A stretch of 63,966 nt of DNA, counting the filler. It is 8 parts of 8 records of this genome, joined end to end, with 100 filler letters (N's around TTAATTAATTAA, not from the genome) between each part and the next. Parts side by side here need not be neighbours in the genome. Positions count along the whole stretch, not along the records: positions 48,716 to 53,936 come from SRR31156797_10499; positions 54,037 to 63,966 come from SRR31156797_10502; 6 more parts are not named here. The stretch is one strand, 5' to 3'. This document shows, in pieces, positions 51,165 to 61,378 of the stretch (position 1 is the stretch's first letter; every line of letters begins with the position of its first letter). The position numbers were made by a program, and so were the translations under genes. The notes under the pieces were generated by a model. That model did not search any database. It was not told the DNA's origin and saw only the letters and a list, made by a program, of their open reading frames with translations.

Positions 51165-51824
51165 TTATTTTAATTTTTCTGGAATATCTTTTATTGCTAA
51201 AAAATTTTTATTGTTTTGACCAGAGATAAGTACTTTTTCCCCTTGTTCAAAAACTTCATTCTCATTTTCAGGTTCAATCATAAAATAATGAACTTGACCA
51301 AATATATCTTTAACTTTTGCTTCTGCCGGAGACCCTTTTTTTGCTTTACCTAAAGTGATTATTGCTATGTGACCTATTAAATCATTTGTAGATATAGAAG
51401 ATGTCTCATCTTTAGGTAATATTTTTGCAACAAAGCCACCAAATACTCTAAGAGAGAAGATTGATAAGATAGAAGTAGGTATAACAACTAAATACTGTAG
51501 CCACAAAATTCCAAGTATCTTATAAATTAATAATTGGATAAATAAACCTATCAATCCAAAAGAGGTTAAAAATATTACTAATAACATTAAAACTGGTACT
51601 TCTTTTAATCTTATCCAACCAAAAAATTTTGTTAGATTAAAATTTGTATCAGTTTCAAAATTTATATCTGCATCAAAGTCAGGGATAAAAGAATCAAGCA
51701 TATCAGATAAACCTGCTCCTATTATCACCAATATACCTTCAAGGATCGCAATCAATAACATCAAAAAAATTGCACTTGAAAATATTACATTGTCATTATT
51801 GAATATGAACTCTGAAAAACTCAT
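51165..51824 (-). CDS. yqiJ: YqiJ-like membrane protein with OB-fold
   Basis: VPVLMLLVIFL..FGL, LPKDETS, GSPAEAKVKD.FGQ.HY. Confidence 0.85.
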   Translation of the reverse strand: MSFSEFIFNNDNVIFSSAIFLMLLIAILEGILVIIGAGLSDMLDSFIPDFDADINFETDTNFNLTKFFGWIRLKEVPVLMLLVIFLTSFGLIGLFIQLLIYKILGILWLQYLVVIPTSILSIFSLRVFGGFVAKILPKDETSSISTNDLIGHIAIITLGKAKKGSPAEAKVKDIFGQVHYFMIEPENENEVFEQGEKVLISGQNNKNFLAIKDIPEKLK

Positions 51825-52456
51825 TTTTGTTCAGCTTTTAAGCTTTGTAATCTTTCTTCAATTCTATTATCTCGAACAAGTTTATCTAATTGAGCTAATT
51901 CAATATCATCTTTTTCTAGATACTTAGATTTTACTTCAATATTATTAACTCTGTTAAATGTCTCTTCTGCTTTTTGAAGATTATTACTAATATTTGAACT
52001 TTCTTTTTGTTCTTTATTTATTTTAACAAACTCTGCTAATTCATTTTGCATCTCTCTTTTTTTTGCATTTAATGCATCAATAAAATTTTCATATTTTTTA
52101 ATATTTAACTCTATTTGAGAAACAGTTTCTTCAAGAATTGGTATTTGAGCTTCTATATCAATTTGTCTTGATATTGCAGTTTTTGCCAAATCATCTCTAT
52201 TTTCTTTTATCGCAATTTCAATTTGTTCTTTCAAATTTTTATATTTATCTTTTTCATTTTCAAGCTGAGATTTTGATTTTTTTAAATCAATTGTTTCTTT
52301 ACCTAGTGATATTTTTACTTCATCAATAGTTGAATCAACTTCTCTTATTGTTTCTTTCATAACAATTTCAGGAGAAATAGATTCAGCTTTATCAACCAAT
52401 GCATTAACACTACCTGAGATTAATCTACTAACTCTTGATACAATACTTTCATTCAT
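51821..52456 (-). CDS. PspA/IM30 family protein
   Basis: SGSVNALVDKAE..PE, REDLA-like RDDLAKTAI, IEERLQSLKA. Confidence 0.85.
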   Translation of the reverse strand: MNESIVSRVSRLISGSVNALVDKAESISPEIVMKETIREVDSTIDEVKISLGKETIDLKKSKSQLENEKDKYKNLKEQIEIAIKENRDDLAKTAISRQIDIEAQIPILEETVSQIELNIKKYENFIDALNAKKREMQNELAEFVKINKEQKESSNISNNLQKAEETFNRVNNIEVKSKYLEKDDIELAQLDKLVRDNRIEERLQSLKAEQK

Positions 52457-52594
52457 ATTAAGCCTTTTTGTATTTTTAGAAAATAAATATACTTATTTAT
52501 TATCATTATGAAGAAAAGTATACTAAATTTAAAATAAAATTTACTATTAAAAAGTTATGAAATTATTATTTTATTTAAAAATTTAAAGAGGATT

Positions 52595-53936
52595 TTAGTT
52601 TTCCTCTTCCTTTCTGATAAGTCCAGCTTCTTTTAAAAATGGTGAGTGAATAAAATCCATTTTTTTGATTTTATCAAATTTTGCGTAGCTTAAGTAAAGA
52701 ACATCTTTTGCTCTTGTAACAGCAACATAGAAAAGTCTTCTTTCCTCTTCTAAACTTCCACCTTTACTCATTAGTTTTCTGTTTGGAAATCTTCCATCCA
52801 TAAGGTCGATTACGAATACTTCTTTAAACTCCAAACCTTTACTTGCATGAACTGAAAGCAAGTTTACACCCTCACCTTCACTCATCTCTCCACCACCTAA
52901 AATCATTGAGTTTACAAACTTTGAAAGGTCTTGGAAGTTTCTTGACAGATTTCGAAGAAGCATACCTTTTCTATTGATTTTTGCCAAACCTTTAGCTTTT
53001 TGAGTTGGATTAACTTGTCCATCTTTTTGTGTAGCCCTTTTGGTTGCTAAAAAATCTTTTATTTTTGAGTACATCATAGACCCAACAATACTTGAAACCA
53101 TAGATTCGGGATTTTTTACTCTTCTTAGTTGTTTAACTAAAAGATAAAAATCATAAATATATTTTGCACCATCAACTGTTAGTTTAGGATGTTTTAAAAG
53201 TGGATTTCCTAAAAAGTTCTCTTCAAAACCACAATCTTTAAACTTAGAAACAGACCCTAATTCTAAAAAGTCATCAAATAATCCTAATTGAACATTTTTT
53301 ACTTTGTTAGTTTCAAAAGGATTATTTATATCCTCTCTTGGGTAGAATAAACCTTTAAATAAATCTCCATCTCCAAGTTTTATCAAGGCATCAAAGATAT
53401 CTTTTGAAATAGCTTTTCCTATCCCTTTTCCGTGTTCTAAAACATGGATAAAAGCCATCATATCATTGTGACTTAATTGCATAACTAACATATCAATTAC
53501 AAATTTAACCTCAACAGAATCAAAAAAAGACATTCCGCCTTTTCTTTTTGCTGGAATTCCATACTCTCTTAAGTTAGCTTCAATACCATCAGCACTTGAA
53601 TTGTTTCTGAATATAATTGCTATTTCATTATGTGGCGTTCCACTTTGTGAAATCAAATCTGATATATGATGATATTGTTGAAACAACTCAGTAAATGCCA
53701 AAAGTTTTGGAGGAATTGAAACATCATTTCTCATAACTTGAAGATGTTTTTCATATATTCTTTCGTTGTGCTCTATAACTTTTGTAGCCAAATCCAAAAT
53801 TGGTTTACTAGAACGATAATTTTTTCTAAGAGTAAATACTTTTGCGTCATTATATCTTTCTGAAAATGTAGAGATAATTCCTATATCTGACCCATTAAAA
53901 GCATAAATACTTTGATCATAATCCCCTACACAAAAC
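52595..53936 (-). CDS. UvrD/Rep-family helicase (5'-truncated)
   Basis: VGDYDQSIYAF, NYRSS, SVHASKGLEF, EEERRLFYVAVTRAK. Confidence 0.92.
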
Positions 53937-54036
53937 NNNNNNNNNNNNNNNNNNNNNNNNNNNNNNNNNNNNNNNNNNNNTTAATTAATTAANNNNNNNN
54001 NNNNNNNNNNNNNNNNNNNNNNNNNNNNNNNNNNNN
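53937..54036. other. Artificial contig spacer
   Basis: N-run with TTAATTAATTAA. Confidence 0.98.
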
Positions 54037-54083
54037 TGTGTTCCTTTTCCGGATCCGGGACCGCCCAATAAAACCAATCGCAT
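54037..54083 (-). CDS. adk: Adenylate kinase (N-terminal fragment)
   Basis: MRLVLLGGPGSGKGT. Confidence 0.75.
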
Positions 54084-54290
54084 TATGTTTTCCTCATTTT
54101 TCATTATAATCAAATTTCGTTCGTAATTTAACACCTCAAATACATTAATAAAACAGGAAATATGCTCTAACAATGTAACTTTCCCACTTTCTTATACTCT
54201 TCTTCGCACAAGGCTACGAAGAGTCTGCGACCTTTTTACTTTATACTCTTCTTCTTAATCCTTATATTCCCAAGAATTTATGGAATAAAC

Positions 54291-55337
54291 ATGATAAAAC
54301 GAATTCTCTACATCACGGTACTGCTTATCTTCACACTTGTGGGATCAATTCTTGCACAGGATACCGTCACGGTCATTGGCGTGGGAGATATCATGCTGGG
54401 AACTTCTTTTCCGGATAGCTCTACTTTACCGATCAAGCCGCAGAATTTATTGAGTCATGTTGATGAGATCATTTCCTCTGCCGATCTTGCCATCGCCAAT
54501 CTTGAAGGTTGCATGATCGATAAGGGCGGCGAGCCCAAAGAATGTTGGGGCAAGACCGAGCGCTGCTTTATTTTTCGCATACCGGAATCTTACACACAAT
54601 ATATTTTGGATACCGGTTTCGATGCTATCAACTTAGCAAACAATCATGTAAGAGATATGGGATACCAGGCATATCGGCGCACCATGGAAGTCTGCGATTC
54701 CCTCGGACTTCACCATGCCGGTATTTACGATGCACCCTCGACGATCATTGAACGAAATGACATCACCTTTGGTTTTGCGGGTTTCTCCCCTCACTGGGCG
54801 ACTTCCCGAATGCAAAACGATGAAAATGTCATTAAGGTTATTTCTAATCTTGAAGAAAAATGTGATATCGTTGTTGCTATGTTCCATGGTGGTGGTGAAG
54901 GTGAAGAATATGATCACACTCCACGCGAAAATGAAGTTTATAAAAATACGATTCGCGGAAACGTCTATCATTTTTCTCATACGGCAATAGATGCCGGTGC
55001 CGATATTGTTTTCGGTTCGGGACCACATGTCACCCGCGCCGTTGAATTATACAAAGACCGCTTCATTGCCTACAGTCTGGGCAATTTTTGCACATATAAA
55101 CGCTTCAATCTGGAAGGCCTTCGAGGCATCGCGCCTTTAATGAAAGTCCACACAGATAAAGAAGGAAACTTTATTTCAGCTGAAGCTATTGCAATTGAAC
55201 AGCACTACCCGGGATACCCGGCTTTGGATCCAAAGAAACGTGCAGTCAAAGAAATACAACGATTAACACATGAAGATTTTCCCGAAATGGATTCGATCCT
55301 GGTGATCGATGACTCGGGACTTATAAAGAAACGATAA
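54291..55337 (+). CDS. Secreted CapA/PgsA-family metallophosphoesterase-fold protein
   Basis: VGDIMLG, ANLEG, LANNH, AIDAGADIV.G.GPHV, YSLGNF. Confidence 0.9.
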   Translation: MIKRILYITVLLIFTLVGSILAQDTVTVIGVGDIMLGTSFPDSSTLPIKPQNLLSHVDEIISSADLAIANLEGCMIDKGGEPKECWGKTERCFIFRIPESYTQYILDTGFDAINLANNHVRDMGYQAYRRTMEVCDSLGLHHAGIYDAPSTIIERNDITFGFAGFSPHWATSRMQNDENVIKVISNLEEKCDIVVAMFHGGGEGEEYDHTPRENEVYKNTIRGNVYHFSHTAIDAGADIVFGSGPHVTRAVELYKDRFIAYSLGNFCTYKRFNLEGLRGIAPLMKVHTDKEGNFISAEAIAIEQHYPGYPALDPKKRAVKEIQRLTHEDFPEMDSILVIDDSGLIKKR

Positions 55338-55347
55338 AAGGGAGTTT

Positions 55348-56529
55348 ATGGAAGGCGTACTCATCAAAGATCAATTCGGTTTACTGGCCGTTTTAATGAT
55401 CATACCGGCAATTATCTTCGCGATCAACAATCACACAAAATGGGGTGCAAAATTCTTCGGCATCGTCCCTCCCCTGGTCTTTGCCTATTTCATTCCAACT
55501 ATTCTCACTTCGCTTGGTGTGATCCCGGATGCTTCTCCCATCTACTCGCAGATCAAAAAATTCGTTCTCCCCGCTTCCTTGCTTTTATTAACGCTTGCCA
55601 TTGATATCAAAGGTATCTTCAAATTAGGTAGCAAAGCTTTGATCATGTTCCTGACAGGTACTTTGGGTATCGTGATCGGTGGACCGATCTCCCTGTTGAT
55701 CTTCAAGAATGCCCTGCCACCAGAAATTTGGAAAGGTATGGCAGCATTGGCCGGTTCCTGGATCGGTGGTGGAGCAAACTTTATTGCTATCGGGCAATCG
55801 GTTGGCACTGCTGAATCGATGATGGGCGTCATGGTTATTGTTGATGTTCTAGCTGCAAATATTCTTACTGGTATTCTCTTCTTCCTTGCCGGCCGTTCGG
55901 AAAGGATCGATAAAAGATTGGGAGCTGACAATTCAGCTATTCACGAACTAAGAGATAAAGTTGTAAACTTTCAGAAAAAAACCAATCGCGTTGCTACAGC
56001 AACCGACTATTTTGTGATGCTGGCACTTGCTTTCGGCGGGTCATATCTTGCATACCTACTTGGCAACGCCCTCCCTCCCATCGGTGACATTATTTCTCAT
56101 TCCACCTGGAAAGTGATCATCATTACAACCATGGGTGTCGGACTTTCATTTACACCGATCAAGAAGTATGAAGGTGCAGGTGCATCCAAGCTCGGAACTG
56201 TTATGCTGTATTTGCTTATTGGCGTGATCGGAGCTTCCGCAAACCTGAAAGCCGTCATGGAATATCCGGCACTATTCGGCATGGGTATGACCTGGTTAGC
56301 CATTCACCTGCTGATCCTCTTCATCGTCATGAAATTGATAAAAGCTCCCTTGTTCTTCATGGCTGTCGGTTCACAGGCAAACGTCGGCGGTGCTGCTTCG
56401 GCTCCAATCGTAGCTTCGGCTTTTCACCCGGCACTGGCTTCGGTTGGTGTTATGCTGGGAATCGCCGGTTACGTTCTTGGAACTTATGCGGCATTGTTAT
56501 GTGCAAAATTACTTTTACTGGTCTCGTAA
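55348..56529 (+). CDS. DUF819 family membrane protein
   Basis: LAGSWIGGGAN, GSQANVGGAASAP. Confidence 0.88.
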   Translation: MEGVLIKDQFGLLAVLMIIPAIIFAINNHTKWGAKFFGIVPPLVFAYFIPTILTSLGVIPDASPIYSQIKKFVLPASLLLLTLAIDIKGIFKLGSKALIMFLTGTLGIVIGGPISLLIFKNALPPEIWKGMAALAGSWIGGGANFIAIGQSVGTAESMMGVMVIVDVLAANILTGILFFLAGRSERIDKRLGADNSAIHELRDKVVNFQKKTNRVATATDYFVMLALAFGGSYLAYLLGNALPPIGDIISHSTWKVIIITTMGVGLSFTPIKKYEGAGASKLGTVMLYLLIGVIGASANLKAVMEYPALFGMGMTWLAIHLLILFIVMKLIKAPLFFMAVGSQANVGGAASAPIVASAFHPALASVGVMLGIAGYVLGTYAALLCAKLLLLVS

Positions 56530-56559
56530 ATTAACTCTATATTAGCATAGAGGTAAAAA

Positions 56560-57555
56560 ATGGGTCTAAAGAAATACTTCTTCATGTTCGGTAAATTCAG
56601 GGCGGACCTAAAACGTCCGAAACAAGCCTTTCGCTTGAGTAAAGATTTGCATTCCAAGAAATTGAGTGAATACTATTTCCTTTTCGAAGAAGAGCGTATC
56701 GCAGCCGGAGCTGATCAAAAGCTGATCTCTAAATTCGATGAGAACGGTATCCCCATTAATAAAACGTATATTGATGTCGAAGATAAAGATTATGTCTATT
56801 TCCCCATATCCATTGGACAAATGGGCTTATCGGTTTTTCATACTTATCTGAAAACCAAAAGCGACGAAGATAAACAGCGTTTCCTGAAATTTGCCGACTG
56901 GTTCATGGAGCATGGTGAAAAGGATGAGAAACTGGGCCTAAGATGGATGACCGACGTATCACTGCCGGCATATCAGAATCCGGGGCCATGGCAATCTGCT
57001 TTTTCTCAAGCCAGAGGAATATCTATTCTACTTAGAGCTTACCAATTAACAAAAAGAAAATCTTATGCCATTGCTGCAAAAGAAGCTCTGAAGCCTTTTC
57101 TATATCCGGTTGAAGATGGCGGTGTGGCATCTTTCACCGTTCATGGACCTTTCTATGAAGAGTATACCGCCAAGGTCCCGACCCTTGTTTTAAATGGAAT
57201 GATATTTGCTTTATGTGGCGTTTATGATTTCGTTAGAGTTTTTCCTGATGATAAAGAAGCAAAAAAGATCTTTGACGATGGAGTTAAAACTCTGGAGAAA
57301 ATCCTCCCTTACTTTGATATGGGATATTGGACACGTTATAATCTTTGTAAAGCAAATTGGTACCCCAAAATAGATCCTGCAACGATCGGTTATCAGCGAC
57401 TTCATGCAACACAACTTGAATTACTATACAAAATCACGCATAATAAGATCTTCAATGACTTTGCAAAACTATGCAGAAAACAAGACACAATTTTTAATGC
57501 GATCAAAATGTACAGAGTAAAATTTAAAGCATTAAAAAAGATCGGACGATTATAA
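56560..57555 (+). CDS. D-glucuronyl C5-epimerase C-terminal family protein
   Basis: WQSAFSQARGISILLRAY, YEEY, VLNGMIFAL.G.YD, FD.G.WTRY. Confidence 0.82.
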   Translation: MGLKKYFFMFGKFRADLKRPKQAFRLSKDLHSKKLSEYYFLFEEERIAAGADQKLISKFDENGIPINKTYIDVEDKDYVYFPISIGQMGLSVFHTYLKTKSDEDKQRFLKFADWFMEHGEKDEKLGLRWMTDVSLPAYQNPGPWQSAFSQARGISILLRAYQLTKRKSYAIAAKEALKPFLYPVEDGGVASFTVHGPFYEEYTAKVPTLVLNGMIFALCGVYDFVRVFPDDKEAKKIFDDGVKTLEKILPYFDMGYWTRYNLCKANWYPKIDPATIGYQRLHATQLELLYKITHNKIFNDFAKLCRKQDTIFNAIKMYRVKFKALKKIGRL

Positions 57556-57628
57556 GTTTGTTTTTTTCGATTACCTGTTATAAAATTATATATTGATCTT
57601 AAACATGGTCTTTTACCAGGAGGGCATC

Positions 57629-58054
57629 ATGAGAAAAGGATTAACCATCTTTCTTGCAATAGTCATTGTTGTGGTGGTCATCGCATTCGTGGGTATTTTA
57701 AGCTTTAAAAAACAATATGAACAACTTATGGTCGATGTGGATAAAGAATATGCCATGATAGAGGATTTTGATCTATCAAAAGTTGAGGATGGGGTTTATA
57801 ATTACCGCTTCGGCAAGATCCCGGTCATTGCAGATGTTCGAGTGATCGTAGATGAGAACAAGATCATTTCCATTACCATGAATGAACAATCCTCAGGACC
57901 CGGATATGAAGCTCTTGAGACCATTGACAGAATATTGATCCAGCAACAGCCTGATGTTGTTGCAGTGACAGGAGCAACGACAAGTTCGAAAGTGATCATG
58001 ATCGCTGTGAAAAAAGCGTTGACGGAAGAAAATCAAGTAAAAAGTAAAAAGTAA
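57629..58054 (+). CDS. Membrane-anchored FMN-binding domain protein
   Basis: DG.Y, VAVTGATTSS flavinylation-type motif. Confidence 0.82.
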   Translation: MRKGLTIFLAIVIVVVVIAFVGILSFKKQYEQLMVDVDKEYAMIEDFDLSKVEDGVYNYRFGKIPVIADVRVIVDENKIISITMNEQSSGPGYEALETIDRILIQQQPDVVAVTGATTSSKVIMIAVKKALTEENQVKSKK

Positions 58055-58070
58055 GTATAAAGTTTACAAG

Positions 58071-58099
58071 AAAAGTAAGAAGTTTAACTTCTTACTTTT
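58071..58099. terminator. Hairpin between convergent genes
   Basis: AAAAGTAAGAAGT-tta-ACTTCTTACTTTT. Confidence 0.6.
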
Positions 58100-58439
58100 T
58101 TGTTTTTGAAGCAATTTTTCCAAGAATATTTTTCAATTCAAAAGATTCGTTGATTAACTCGATTATTTCTTTTGATTTCAATTCATTGTCTAGAATTTCT
58201 TTTAATTGTCTTAACCAAAAGTTCGATTCACGCACCTCACGGAGCGAAATCTTTATTTTATTATGAAAATCCGCTCTCGAAGATGCAGCTTGTGCTTCCT
58301 CATAGTTTGCTGCTGTGGAAGAAGCACTTTTTACCAATTGATACCTTGGCACATTATACTCCGGTATACTTGGTAAACGCTTTGTAAATTTTGAGACATT
58401 TACGGAAAAATTAAATAATCTTACTAATAGATCATTCAT
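58092..58439 (-). CDS. Four-helix-bundle protein (23S rRNA IVP-like family)
   Basis: QLVKSASSTAANYEEAQAASSRADF..K.KISLRE.RES.FWL. Confidence 0.9.
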   Translation of the reverse strand: MNDLLVRLFNFSVNVSKFTKRLPSIPEYNVPRYQLVKSASSTAANYEEAQAASSRADFHNKIKISLREVRESNFWLRQLKEILDNELKSKEIIELINESFELKNILGKIASKTKK

Positions 58440-58503
58440 ATCGTCACCCTCTATTTTTGTATTACTTGAGTACTTGTTAACTCAACTTTTTACTTTTGCC
58501 TTT

Positions 58504-59898
58504 TTACTTGAGATCTACCTCTTCTTCATAAACCGGTATATGTGTAAACCATCCCAGCTTCTCATCAATAAGCTTTTTCAAGTTCTTACTCGATTCCGGT
58601 TCACCATGGACGATAAATGTCTGTTTGGGTGCCTTTTGAAATCGCCCAAGCCAATTTAGTATTTCATTATAATCCGCATGAGCTGAAAAATCCGAGATCG
58701 TCTCAATGCTTGCTGCAGATTTTACTTGCTGCCCATGTATCTTGATCTTATCATTTCCTCTTTGCAAAGCTCTGCCTCGTGTTCCCTCAGCCTGATAGCC
58801 TACAAATACAATGCTGTTCTTTTTCAAAGGCAAGCGCCTCATCAAATGATGGAGGATACGCCCTCCTGTCAACATACCGCTTGCTGAAATGATGATACAA
58901 GGCTGATCGGATGCATTGATACGTTTTGAAGCATCTACAGATTCTGTAAATTCCGTTCTTTGGGTCAGCAAAACATCCAAGCCTTGCTCTTTCAGTGCAT
59001 TAGCTTCTTCATCGTAGATTTCAGTATGCCTTGAATAAAGTTTCGTAGCTTTAATGGCCATCGGGCTATCGACATAAACAGGAAGAACCGGAATACTTCC
59101 CTCGCTTTCTAGTTCGCGCAGCGTATACAATAATTCCTGAGTACGGCCAACCGCAAATGCAGGAATGACGACCACACCCTTTTTTTCGATCGTTTCATTG
59201 ATGATACGCTTCAATTCTTCTTTGGGATCGCCTTCTTCATGCAGGCGAGCGCCATAGGTCGATTCTACGAGCATGTAATCCGCATCCATAACAGGTGTTG
59301 GGTCTTTCAATATAGGTCGGTCAAATCGACCCAGATCGCCGGAAAACACGATCTTTCGTTCTTCCCCGTCCTGTTGCCAACGCCCTATGGCAAAAGCGGA
59401 ACCAAGAATATGCCCGGCATCCTCAAACGTCATCATCATATCAGCTGTTGGACGGAAAGGTGTGTCATAGGGAATACCTCTCAACAAGGAGATCGTTTTT
59501 TTAGCATCTTCAGTTGAATATAAAGGTAAAGCGGGACTGTGCTTTGATGTGCCTCTTTTATTGGCATACTTTGCATCTTCTTCCTGCAAGTGTGCGGAAT
59601 CAAGAAGCATGATCTGTAAAAGATCACGCGTTGGCTCTGTGCAATATACAGGCTTGCTGTAACCTTGTTTGATCAATCTGGGTAAATAACCGGTATGATC
59701 AATATGTGCATGGGTCAACACAATGGCATCGATCTCATTTACGTTCATTTTCAGAGGCATCCAGTTTCGTTCACGAAGTTCTTTTAAACCCTGAAAAAGG
59801 CCGCAATCCACCATGACCTTGCTGTCTTTGTGTGAAAATAGATATTTTGAACCGGTAACAGTTCCGGTAGCTCCCAAAAACTTGATTGAAGCCATCAC
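58504..59898 (-). CDS. MBL-fold beta-CASP ribonuclease
   Basis: VTGSK, THAHIDHTG, AGHILGS, ESTYG, FSAHAD, VHGE. Confidence 0.92.
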   Translation of the reverse strand: MMASIKFLGATGTVTGSKYLFSHKDSKVMVDCGLFQGLKELRERNWMPLKMNVNEIDAIVLTHAHIDHTGYLPRLIKQGYSKPVYCTEPTRDLLQIMLLDSAHLQEEDAKYANKRGTSKHSPALPLYSTEDAKKTISLLRGIPYDTPFRPTADMMMTFEDAGHILGSAFAIGRWQQDGEERKIVFSGDLGRFDRPILKDPTPVMDADYMLVESTYGARLHEEGDPKEELKRIINETIEKKGVVVIPAFAVGRTQELLYTLRELESEGSIPVLPVYVDSPMAIKATKLYSRHTEIYDEEANALKEQGLDVLLTQRTEFTESVDASKRINASDQPCIIISASGMLTGGRILHHLMRRLPLKKNSIVFVGYQAEGTRGRALQRGNDKIKIHGQQVKSAASIETISDFSAHADYNEILNWLGRFQKAPKQTFIVHGEPESSKNLKKLIDEKLGWFTHIPVYEEEVDLK

Positions 59899-59911
59899 TG
59901 ACCCTTTTTAT

Positions 59912-61138
59912 TTATTGATTGAAATAATCTATTAACGATGATCTTAATTCGGAGATAAAAAGCTCTCTGCCTTTTTCATTAAGTTTTATGCCGTCTACAA
60001 AGAATTTATTTATTGTCAAACCCTTATTGCTCATCGACATTGACGCTTCATAAAGATCAATTAGTTCAATTTGTTCTTCATTGGACCAATACTTGATAGA
60101 ACTCAATAGATCACGATTCATGCGAACCTTGAATGCATCAGTCTCCAGTGCTTTTTTATAATACTCCAGAGCTTCATTAACGTTATTTTCATGTTCAGCT
60201 ATCATTGCTTTACAATAGTAATAGATCGCGGTCTCAGGCTCCCATGCTTCCAGATCATCTATCCAGCGATCAATAGTAAATGGATCGGCATTTGCAACCA
60301 AAACGGCGCATTCCTTTGCGAAATCTTCGTCATTTAATTCTTTATCTATGAATTGAGATCGATAGGGCCTGGCTTTGATATTGACAGGTAAAGAGACAAG
60401 AAAAACCGGACTTTGGGATTTTTTGGATATTTTTTTAAGATTGCGGTTAAAATAGTCCTTTACTTCCAAATTTATTTCTGAATCATATCCAATCGTCCAT
60501 TGATCAATATCATTTGGTGGAAAAGCATTCTTGGGATCTTTTTTGGTGTAAATAAAACGCTCCAAAACCTGAACAAAGCGATGGTTTTTCATGGTTACAT
60601 AACAACCTAATCCAAGATAATTATTTATATCCTGCATCCATGGACTTTTCTTTGGAAGTCCATAATACTCATTTCCTCCGGTTATCAAAACACATGCATC
60701 GGCATCATATTTGTTCACACATTTTATCAAACGTTTAATTGCAAAACTATTTGTATAGGGTACGGCCAATTGAACAATATCATAGTTCATCCCCGTTTCA
60801 TCTTGGAAATCCTCCAGGATCTGCTCTCTGTTCACATCCGGGAATGCTGAGCACAAAGTTTGATCTCCGATAAGGAATATCCTATATGTATTTTCAGCTT
60901 TCTCCTTTGATATCTCTTGGGGTAATATCTCAACATTGGGGAATTGTTCTGCAGAAACAAAACGGCGATAGTATAATTGATTTAAAACACTATGTTGCCC
61001 GTTGGGTGAATCTTGAAATAAAAGGTAGGATTCTCCTACACCCAGAAATCGCAATGATAACTCAATAAGTACCACAATAAGGATCGGGGAAAACCTAAAG
61101 AATATGTTATATGCAAGTCGTCTGAATGATACTTTCAT
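59912..61138 (-). CDS. Membrane-anchored degenerate SGNH-like / TPR protein
   Basis: IELSLR anchor, RIFLIGDQT, GGNEYYG, TPR-like helices; start MKVSF 61138. Confidence 0.6.
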   Translation of the reverse strand: MKVSFRRLAYNIFFRFSPILIVVLIELSLRFLGVGESYLLFQDSPNGQHSVLNQLYYRRFVSAEQFPNVEILPQEISKEKAENTYRIFLIGDQTLCSAFPDVNREQILEDFQDETGMNYDIVQLAVPYTNSFAIKRLIKCVNKYDADACVLITGGNEYYGLPKKSPWMQDINNYLGLGCYVTMKNHRFVQVLERFIYTKKDPKNAFPPNDIDQWTIGYDSEINLEVKDYFNRNLKKISKKSQSPVFLVSLPVNIKARPYRSQFIDKELNDEDFAKECAVLVANADPFTIDRWIDDLEAWEPETAIYYYCKAMIAEHENNVNEALEYYKKALETDAFKVRMNRDLLSSIKYWSNEEQIELIDLYEASMSMSNKGLTINKFFVDGIKLNEKGRELFISELRSSLIDYFNQ

Positions 61139-61139
61139 A

Positions 61140-61289
61140 TTATCCCGGGAATGGCGTTGATCCTGAGTTCGCTCCAAGAACGATCATTAAAAATATGAGG
61201 AATAGAACAAAAACCGATACTAAAATATAGTGGTGTCTGTCAAATACAAAATCGATCATGGTCTTCAACAATGACCTGAATTCGTTCAT
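61140..61289 (-). CDS. Unannotated 49-aa single-TM protein, DUF5989-like
   Basis: MNEFRSLLKTMIDFVFDRHHYILVSVFVLFLIFLMIVLGANSGSTPFPG; AAGGA RBS; stop abuts the next ATG. Confidence 0.65.
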   Translation of the reverse strand: MNEFRSLLKTMIDFVFDRHHYILVSVFVLFLIFLMIVLGANSGSTPFPG

Positions 61290-61378
61290 AGCAATTCCTT
61301 ATATTTTTCTAATATACGTTTATTGATTTTAATAGGCAATGATAGATGAGTGAAGGATGATGAATTATGGATTATGGA

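Larger units (their letters stand above)
58033..58511. repeat. 22-bp inverted repeats enclosing the four-helix-bundle gene
   Basis: 58033-58054 TCAAGTAAAAAGTAAAAAGTAA vs 58490-58511 reverse complement TCAAGTAAAAAGGCAAAAGTAA (20/22). Confidence 0.7.

Noticed and set aside
6487-54036. Seven recurrences of TTAATTAATTAA as a biological repeat or CRISPR
   Set aside because: Always inside exactly 100-nt N spacers; an artificial six-frame stop linker
58092-58439. Diversity-generating retroelement or rRNA intervening sequence
   Set aside because: No reverse transcriptase, TR/VR pair or rRNA gene on the contig
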